Shown here: positions 51,937-58,078 of the stretch, piece by piece
Layout: every line of letters starts with the position of its first letter
How positions within the stretch are numbered: position 1 is the first letter of the stretch
Assembly: GCA_964617735.1 (NCBI GenBank)
Contig: CAZTXT010000001.1
Coordinates: 78,260-136,337, forward strand
Direction of reading: 5' to 3'
Length of the DNA stretch: 58,078 bases
DNA from: an uncultured Candidatus Saccharibacteria bacterium
Lineage (GTDB): Bacteria; Patescibacteriota; Minisyncoccia; Phycocordibacterales; DSPV01
Program-made: the position numbers and the translations under genes
The notes under the pieces: model-generated
What the model was told of the DNA's origin: nothing
What the model saw: only the letters and a program-made list of their open reading frames with translations
Databases searched by the model: none

Positions 51937-52791
51937 TTATCCACTGCGGGGAGGCTGGCGGGATGCCACCCACTCGTCGTAGGTCCTCACCCCGCCACGA
52001 TGCGCTTCTGCGGCTTGCCCTTGTGCGATTTCCTGGTCATGTTGGAACGTTCTCCCGATCATCTCTGGCCCTGAACGTGCGGCAGCAGGAGAAGGTCCTG
52101 CACTTGTTGCTGCATCAGGGCGATATTGCCCTGCGGACGTGGCGTATACATCCCGTGTCTGCAAAGGTTGGGCTTTAGTCATCTCTATGGCGCCCGTCGG
52201 TTCAGGTCTTGCCCGCGGCGCCGCTTGTCTTGCCGGCAGTGCGTTCTGCGCTGGTGCGATCTTGGGCGGCAGAGGAGAGACAACTGTGACTGTAGGTTTT
52301 ATATCCGCTATTCGTGCGGGAGTGGTTGGTGCAGGGGTACGGGTTCCTATCACCGGCGGGACTTTTCTCCCTCCACCCGCGAGCGCGTCCCCAACCTTTC
52401 CTTCAGCGAGAGCAGTGGTGGTCGATACGAACTGGGAGATCATTCCACTACCATGTTCTGCTTTGTATGAAGCGAAGAGAAACCCGACATCGGCGGTCCA
52501 GAAGGGGGCGACGTCAAGCGCGGGAATGAATTCCGCTAGGGTTGCACCGAGGATGCTCATCGTTCGCGTCGGGGTGAGTTTTATACCGCGCAGAAAACAA
52601 TACGAGAAGAGCATGAGGCCTGTGATGAGGTCGATCATGCGGTTGACTATCAATGAGAATGCGATGCCGATGAGCGTAAGGTCGAGCGCCTCTACAGCCA
52701 TTTGCAGCAGGTCGATTGCAACCGCGACGCCGCCGACGAAACCCCATTCGAAGTTGCTTATTCGATTGTCCAGCGCTGCGTCGTCTTCCAT
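51937..52791 (-). CDS. Hypothetical membrane protein with low-complexity C-terminus
   Basis: TM segments, EFIPALDVAPFWT; operonic with the VirB4-like gene. Confidence 0.65.
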   Translation of the reverse strand: MEDDAALDNRISNFEWGFVGGVAVAIDLLQMAVEALDLTLIGIAFSLIVNRMIDLITGLMLFSYCFLRGIKLTPTRTMSILGATLAEFIPALDVAPFWTADVGFLFASYKAEHGSGMISQFVSTTTALAEGKVGDALAGGGRKVPPVIGTRTPAPTTPARIADIKPTVTVVSPLPPKIAPAQNALPARQAAPRARPEPTGAIEMTKAQPLQTRDVYATSAGQYRPDAATSAGPSPAAARSGPEMIGRTFQHDQEIAQGQAAEAHRGGVRTYDEWVASRQPPRSG

Positions 52792-52795
52792 AGTC

Positions 52796-54625
52796 TTAAT
52801 TTAAGGGCTTCCCGCTCTCCCGTTGCTGATCAGAGAATTCTTTTTTCGCGCGCTTGATCGCCAGAAGTTGCGAGGGATCAGAAGTGATGATCTGGTCTTC
52901 AGTGTATGACGCGATGACCTTGATCGCGACGTGCTTGAGCCCTACGAAGAATATCCCCTCTCCAACATCGGACTCGAGCAAGAGATATTTTTCCTCTTCA
53001 GTGAGGTTGAACACTTGTTGGATGCGCTCAATCGCAGTCGGTGATTGTTTGAGGAGCATCTGGATGGATGAGTTGGTGAGTATGGGGAGACCATACGGTG
53101 ATTTAAGGAAGTCGTCCACGTCTTGGGTTATGGTCGCAAGGCCAAGATAGTATTTGCGTCCTCGCTTGGCAAGGCTTAAAAGGAATGACGCGGTGTCATC
53201 GGATTTCATCATCCACCATGCCTCGTCGATGACCAGCAGGCGCTTGCGCAGCGTGTGTCGGATCGCGTTCCAGATGAAGTGCATGACGATATACATCGCG
53301 ACAGGCTTGAGCTCATCCTCCATATCTCTAATGGAGAAAACAATGAATTTGTTCTTGATATCCACGTTCGACGGCTGGTTGATGAATCCGGCCCAGGTTC
53401 CCTTGGTGTACTTCGAGATCTTCTGGACGAGCGATTGAGCCCCTTCCATCCCCGAGAGCACCAGCTCGAAATCCGACATCAACGGCACCTCGGCTTGCGA
53501 GAAGTCGCTGTCAGCAGTGATGTCTTTGAGCGCGTACGTCTCGGTGATCGCACGGTCGATGATCGCATCTTCTTCCGGCGTCAGCCCGCCGAGCATGATG
53601 CGAAAGAGCCCGACTAAATTGATGATGTTGGATCGCAGGACGTCCGCTCCCGACTCCCCTTCTCTGGGCGGCGCGAGGTCGAAGGGATTGATGTGGTGTT
53701 CGGAATTGAGCGAGATATTGAAATACTTTCCGCCGGTGACATCCGAGAGGTGCTCGTACTCGCGCTCCGGGTCGATGACGATGACATCGGTGTCGAACAT
53801 CAAGGTCCGCAGTATCTCGAGCTTCGTCTGGTACGACTTGCCGGACCCTGATTTAGCGAAGGTTATCGAGTTGTAGTTCTCGAGCGAGAAGCGGTCGAAG
53901 AGCACGAGCGAGGAATTGTGGCGGTTGATGCCGTAGAGGATGCCGCGGTCCGATGTCAGATCGAAGGAGACGAACGGGAAAATACTCGAGAGGGGCGAGG
54001 TATTGAGTTTGCTGTGCACTCCGAGTTCGTCGTTGGCGATCGGTACCGTGCTTCTGAAGCCCGGTTCCTGTTGGAAGAGCGCTGGTTTAAGATACGTCAG
54101 GCGCGCGTCGAGCATCGTTTTGACTTCTGTTTCCAGTTTGTCGAGCTCTTCCTCGGTATCGCCGTAGATGGTGATGTAGAGGCCTATCTCAAAAAGTTTT
54201 TCTTCGGCCTGCTGGAGCTTGTCACGCAAGTTTTCGAGGTCTTGGTACGCCGTGTCGAGTTTGGGATCGCGTACGAGACCCTTCTCTTCGCGTTGGGATA
54301 TCTGGCTTTGCACCTCCGCGACCTTTTTCTGGAACAGCCGCAGTATCTGGGATGTGTCGATGGGGTGGATGTGGATGCCGATATCGAAGACTTTGTCGAG
54401 GTTGACCACCGGCGAAAACCAGTTGTCGGTCAAGTAGCGCGGATACGAGATAACGAAGAACGTGCGGGTGATTTTTTCCCCGAGATTGAGTTCCCGCGGG
54501 CTGATCTTAAGAGCGCTCGGCGCGATGATGTCTTTGAGCTCGAGTGCGGCGGCTTCGTACATCTCACCGGGCAAGACGGAGGGTATTGCCGGTTCCTTTT
54601 TTTTAAAAATATCCAAGAGCGACAT
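52796..54625 (-). CDS. VirB4/TraC-like ATPase
   Basis: AKSGSGKS, VIDPEREY, INPFD, VIDEAW, RKY, ITQ. Confidence 0.92.
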   Translation of the reverse strand: MSLLDIFKKKEPAIPSVLPGEMYEAAALELKDIIAPSALKISPRELNLGEKITRTFFVISYPRYLTDNWFSPVVNLDKVFDIGIHIHPIDTSQILRLFQKKVAEVQSQISQREEKGLVRDPKLDTAYQDLENLRDKLQQAEEKLFEIGLYITIYGDTEEELDKLETEVKTMLDARLTYLKPALFQQEPGFRSTVPIANDELGVHSKLNTSPLSSIFPFVSFDLTSDRGILYGINRHNSSLVLFDRFSLENYNSITFAKSGSGKSYQTKLEILRTLMFDTDVIVIDPEREYEHLSDVTGGKYFNISLNSEHHINPFDLAPPREGESGADVLRSNIINLVGLFRIMLGGLTPEEDAIIDRAITETYALKDITADSDFSQAEVPLMSDFELVLSGMEGAQSLVQKISKYTKGTWAGFINQPSNVDIKNKFIVFSIRDMEDELKPVAMYIVMHFIWNAIRHTLRKRLLVIDEAWWMMKSDDTASFLLSLAKRGRKYYLGLATITQDVDDFLKSPYGLPILTNSSIQMLLKQSPTAIERIQQVFNLTEEEKYLLLESDVGEGIFFVGLKHVAIKVIASYTEDQIITSDPSQLLAIKRAKKEFSDQQRESGKPLN

Positions 54626-54630
54626 GGCTT

Positions 54631-55287
54631 TTAGCTGTTTAAGGGGATCGGCTTATCCGTCTCCCCGGGATTAAACAACTTGTAAAAGAGCTCGATCATC
54701 TCTTCCGAGCCGAGGCGCGCGGTGCGCAGGCCGCATCTGATGAGGCCTTGATCTACCACTGCGATGCGCTGCTGCAGCTGAACCTTGTTCTGCTCGAATT
54801 CGTCTTTATGCTGCTGCTCCTGCTTACCAGCCTCGCCTTTTTTCTTGCTGATGAGGTCGGAGACCGCTTCGAGCGGATTTTTCTTGATGGAAATGACGCT
54901 CGAGCTGTACGGCACGACGACCATGAACGTCTTGGTCATGATGTTGACGCTTTCAGTGAATGTTTTGATGAATTCGATGTATTCACGGGTTTGTATCTTC
55001 ATCAGATCACTCTCCTGCGCTTTGTAGCGCTCCTCGAGCAGGGCGAGATACGGTTTGATGTCCATCTTGCGCGATTGGATGAAGATCTGGACCGAGAAAT
55101 CGAGCGAATTGAGGAAATTTTGGAATTGCGAAACGATGGCGATCTGGTTTTCTTCCGACTGCAGGGCGAAATTGATCGACGAGGTCATGAGGATCGCCCG
55201 CAGGGAATCATCTTTCAGCACGATCACCCCATCCCGTACTTCTTTGATGGGCACGAAATCCTGCGCTGGTTTTACGTTCGATGCCAT
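54631..55287 (-). CDS. VirB4-associated (TraC/TcpE-like) protein
   Basis: QDFVPIKEVRDG, INFAL, FLNSLDF; sits between the PrgI and VirB4-like genes. Confidence 0.7.
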   Translation of the reverse strand: MASNVKPAQDFVPIKEVRDGVIVLKDDSLRAILMTSSINFALQSEENQIAIVSQFQNFLNSLDFSVQIFIQSRKMDIKPYLALLEERYKAQESDLMKIQTREYIEFIKTFTESVNIMTKTFMVVVPYSSSVISIKKNPLEAVSDLISKKKGEAGKQEQQHKDEFEQNKVQLQQRIAVVDQGLIRCGLRTARLGSEEMIELFYKLFNPGETDKPIPLNS

Positions 55288-55363
55288 AGGGAGACGTTTA
55301 CGTTCTGTTGTTTACCGCTCTTCCTTTGATACATCGCTATTATACCTTGTATCGAGGGAAGCT

Positions 55364-55771
55364 CTAAACACCGTCTTCATTCTTCCGGGCATCGAGCTGC
55401 CATGTCATATCTTTGAGCTTGCTGCCCGACATTTTGGGCGTCTCCATCCGTACATAATGCTCGGTCAAAGGGTCCGCAGGCTTAGCCGATCGCTCTTTCC
55501 GCTTCCAGATATAGAGACGAGAGCCGATGAGGTACATGAAGAACGATTCCACGAGCTGGATGAAGGGTTTGTTATTGACTCGGTAGAACGCAAGCGCAAG
55601 CGCGAGGACCGCAACAACGATGATTCCGGGGATCGCGAGCAGTTTCGGGAGCACCCGCAAGAGCAAAAAGCAGATGCCGGCCCCGCCGCCGAGGTACACG
55701 AATTGCTTGAAGGTGAACGGACCGAACACCTTGTCTTCAATATCGATGAATTGTGGCACCTGGAAGCGCAT
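55364..55771 (-). CDS. PrgI family protein
   Basis: MRFQVPQFIDIEDKVFGPFTFKQF signature. Confidence 0.88.
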   Translation of the reverse strand: MRFQVPQFIDIEDKVFGPFTFKQFVYLGGGAGICFLLLRVLPKLLAIPGIIVVAVLALALAFYRVNNKPFIQLVESFFMYLIGSRLYIWKRKERSAKPADPLTEHYVRMETPKMSGSKLKDMTWQLDARKNEDGV

Positions 55772-55805
55772 GCGCGATAACGTTGACTATTGAAGCCCAG
55801 TTGGA

Positions 55806-56759
55806 TTACTGGTCGAGCGGCTCTCGGTACGGATCCACTCGGTATCCGGGCTCTCGAGGTCGAGTTACGCCCACCTTAGGGACGCTTGGCTCGCTTATTT
55901 TATCAGGGTCCTCGATCCCGCGCAGTATCTCCTCGCGATTCAGTCCTTCAGTATCGTCGAGTGTTTTCGGTGTAGCCCCTTCTTCTTCTGAAGTTGTCCA
56001 AAGATTCTCGCGCGTTTGCGGCGAGGAAAGCGGTGCATGGATCGGAGGTTGGGGGGTTCTTGGTAGAGGAGATACGTCAGTTCGTTGATCCATTGGTTGC
56101 ACCCACTGCACTTTGGGCTCGGGAGTCTTTGGCACGGGTGCAATGGTCACAGGCGGCATTGGAGGAGTGTTGGGCGCATACATAGCTGGCGGGATTTGCA
56201 CTGGAGGAGGGGGTGTCATCGAGGGCGCTGGTTTTGGTGCGGGAGGATTCATTGGGGCTGCGCTACTGGGGTGATTTCTTAATGCATCCTGCAGTACCGC
56301 GGCGAGGGGTTTTTGGTCCCCGCCCGCACTTGAGCTTCTCTGTTCTTCCGATTTCGCTTCATCAAATCTTTTCCTTAAACCAACATTTTCTTCAAGCTCG
56401 ACATCGAGAGGTTTCTTGCTGCCATCACCATCAGATAGCCCGTAGAGTTTCATCAAATCTTCCCTTATGGGCCTGAAAATACGCTCATTGATTTGCTGTG
56501 CTATGGCTGCGGAAGTTGCCGCGTCAGTATTCAGCGCTTCTCCGATCTTGCGAACGAAATCCTTTGGTTGTGTGAGGCCTAGCATGACGAATACCGTCGC
56601 GTTATCGAGTTTTGCGGCTTTGTTGGTATCGAGATTGTATCGCGAGACGACCTCGTTAATGACTGTTGAGAAGTGATCGGAGCGCAGCACGGACTTGAGC
56701 CGCTCGGGTAGCGTGCTGAATTTTTGCGTGACGATCTTTTTTAGGGCGTCATTTTCCAT
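55806..56759 (-). CDS. Hypothetical protein with Pro-rich tail
   Basis: N-terminal helical domain (INERIFRP) and C-terminal DPYREP. Confidence 0.75.
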   Translation of the reverse strand: MENDALKKIVTQKFSTLPERLKSVLRSDHFSTVINEVVSRYNLDTNKAAKLDNATVFVMLGLTQPKDFVRKIGEALNTDAATSAAIAQQINERIFRPIREDLMKLYGLSDGDGSKKPLDVELEENVGLRKRFDEAKSEEQRSSSAGGDQKPLAAVLQDALRNHPSSAAPMNPPAPKPAPSMTPPPPVQIPPAMYAPNTPPMPPVTIAPVPKTPEPKVQWVQPMDQRTDVSPLPRTPQPPIHAPLSSPQTRENLWTTSEEEGATPKTLDDTEGLNREEILRGIEDPDKISEPSVPKVGVTRPREPGYRVDPYREPLDQ

Positions 56760-56771
56760 ACGTGTGCACTT

Positions 56772-57233
56772 TTACTTGAGCCAGTCGCGGATGCGTTCGT
56801 TACTCATGTTGTTAGAAAGTGCGGAGGGAGCGGCTGATGGCTTAGGTGGAACTGGTTTGTATAGCTCACCAGCTTGCAGTGGTCTCTGCATGTTCGGGGG
56901 TGGTTGAGGCGTAGGGATTTTGTTGGTCTTGGCTAGTTCGGATTGGACAGGTCGAAAAATCTCATTGTTTATTTTGTCGCCAATTTGCTGGGCGTCTGTG
57001 AAACTTATGTTGAGGCGCTCTTTTACGTTAGCGACGAAGTCAGACTGTTTTGAAAGACCCATGAGCGCATAGTCAACCTCTTTACCCAAATCTCGGAGTT
57101 TTTCGGCAGGCATATTGAATTTTTGTATGATTCCCGTGAGGGTATCCACTTTATGAATTGATGCGATCATATCAAGGACCGGCCCTGGGGTTTTCTGTAA
57201 AGCTTCTTTGATTTGTAATTTGGAGTACTCCAT
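56772..57233 (-). CDS. Hypothetical protein, paralogous to the N-terminus of 55806-56759
   Basis: GL...DF...IN.EIFRP shared. Confidence 0.7.
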   Translation of the reverse strand: MEYSKLQIKEALQKTPGPVLDMIASIHKVDTLTGIIQKFNMPAEKLRDLGKEVDYALMGLSKQSDFVANVKERLNISFTDAQQIGDKINNEIFRPVQSELAKTNKIPTPQPPPNMQRPLQAGELYKPVPPKPSAAPSALSNNMSNERIRDWLK

Positions 57234-57243
57234 TGTGCTGCTT

Positions 57244-58078
57244 CTATAGGCCCCACAATGCCGCGTTGGCATTAACATAATTTAGTTGGGCCGCTTTGTT
57301 AGGATACGCTATTGGGCCAGTGATCTGATTGATTATTTCATTAGCTTCATCGGGTAGAAGATTTCCATTCCTTTGGAGATCATTGAGGTGTCTTTGGGTG
57401 AACCGCCTGATAACGTCAGGATGCTTGCGTGCCTGATTGGATAGATTGCGTGTTTGGTCAGGGCGCAATTGAGCGATGATAGCGTCGATCTCGGTGGGTG
57501 TGTAGGCGGCACTTGTTGCGGGATTAACCGCTCCACTGGCGATCCTTTCTGTATCAGTGATTTTTTCTCTATTCTTCACCTCGATCGCATCTTTTCTTAT
57601 CGCTTCTTCGGTTTTTTCCCGTTCATCAGGCGAGAGCGATTCTTTGAGCCATTCTGGATGTGTAATGGGCGCCCCAGTCCTTGGGTGCAGCAAGGGAGGT
57701 CTCCCGATAACAGGAGGCAAGGCACTCATCTCCCGAAGCATTGCTGCACGGTCTCCCGGAGAGAGTTTGTCAAACGCGTGTGTTCGGAGTTCGGGAGAAG
57801 AATTTAACTCTGCGTCGAAATGAGACGCGAGTTTTCGCGGATTGTCTCTGAACTCACGCAGATATGATTCCTCCAATTTCTCCTGTTGATCGCGGTTGAG
57901 TTTTCCCTTGTACCCGCTTAGGTCGCGGAGGAGGCCGGCACTTCCACGCCTGCGCGCTTCTTCTTCATAGAGGACCTTCTGACGATCACTCATATTTTTG
58001 TAGAGCAATTCCTTATCAGTTCCGGTCATGCCGACTATACCGCCACCGCGCTCCATCATATCGTGCAACTTCGCAGGG
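57244..58078 (-). CDS. C-terminal part of a large hypothetical protein (runs off the window)
   Basis: Frame is open to the window edge; charged helical sequence. Confidence 0.6.
   Translation of the reverse strand, partial: PAKLHDMMERGGGIVGMTGTDKELLYKNMSDRQKVLYEEEARRRGSAGLLRDLSGYKGKLNRDQQEKLEESYLREFRDNPRKLASHFDAELNSSPELRTHAFDKLSPGDRAAMLREMSALPPVIGRPPLLHPRTGAPITHPEWLKESLSPDEREKTEEAIRKDAIEVKNREKITDTERIASGAVNPATSAAYTPTEIDAIIAQLRPDQTRNLSNQARKHPDVIRRFTQRHLNDLQRNGNLLPDEANEIINQITGPIAYPNKAAQLNYVNANAALWGL

Noticed and set aside
52796-55771. Integrative conjugative element
   Set aside because: No relaxase, integrase or att sites in the window; composition resembles the host and such clusters are usual chromosomal CPR features.
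53918-55780. Long + strand ORFs opposite VirB4/PrgI (and similar ones opposite polA, pilB and the Mur ligase)
   Set aside because: Antisense shadows of well-supported genes in GC-rich coding DNA, with no motifs.

Overview
The window is a stretch of a Patescibacteria (CPR, Parcubacteria-like) chromosome, inferred from gene content. It includes the replication-origin region (dnaA, dnaN, rpmH, rnpA, yidC, jag), core genes (polA, holA, ruvA/B/C, ruvX, tyrS, rpsT, tsaE, murE-like, PBP1A), type IV pilus genes (pilMNO-like, pilB), a VirB4/PrgI/pilin cluster and four tRNAs. The main discovery lies between ruvA and the Mur ligase gene (about 9.65-23.9 kb). A cas1-cas2 pair with no effector, no cas4 and a 38-bp leader is followed by six copies of a 37-bp CRISPR-type repeat. 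The 'spacers' between the repeats are gene-sized: 1290, 670, 8932, 423 and 530 bp. Repeat decay is polarised away from cas2, as in a normal CRISPR array. Four spacers carry small ORFs with promoter, SD or terminator signals. The 8.9-kb spacer looks like a fragment of a Verrucomicrobia-like mobile element, cut mid-gene at one end and apparently at the other. My reading is a Cas1-Cas2 gene-capture array that works like an integron; this is inference and misassembly must be excluded. Other accessory signals are a DGR TR/VR pair with adenine-only mismatches but no RT or Avd in cis, a guaA islet bracketed by tRNA-Ser 3' remnants, and a 74-75-bp tandem repeat built from the tRNA-Lys 5' end. Product calls come from motif recognition by eye; no database searches were run.
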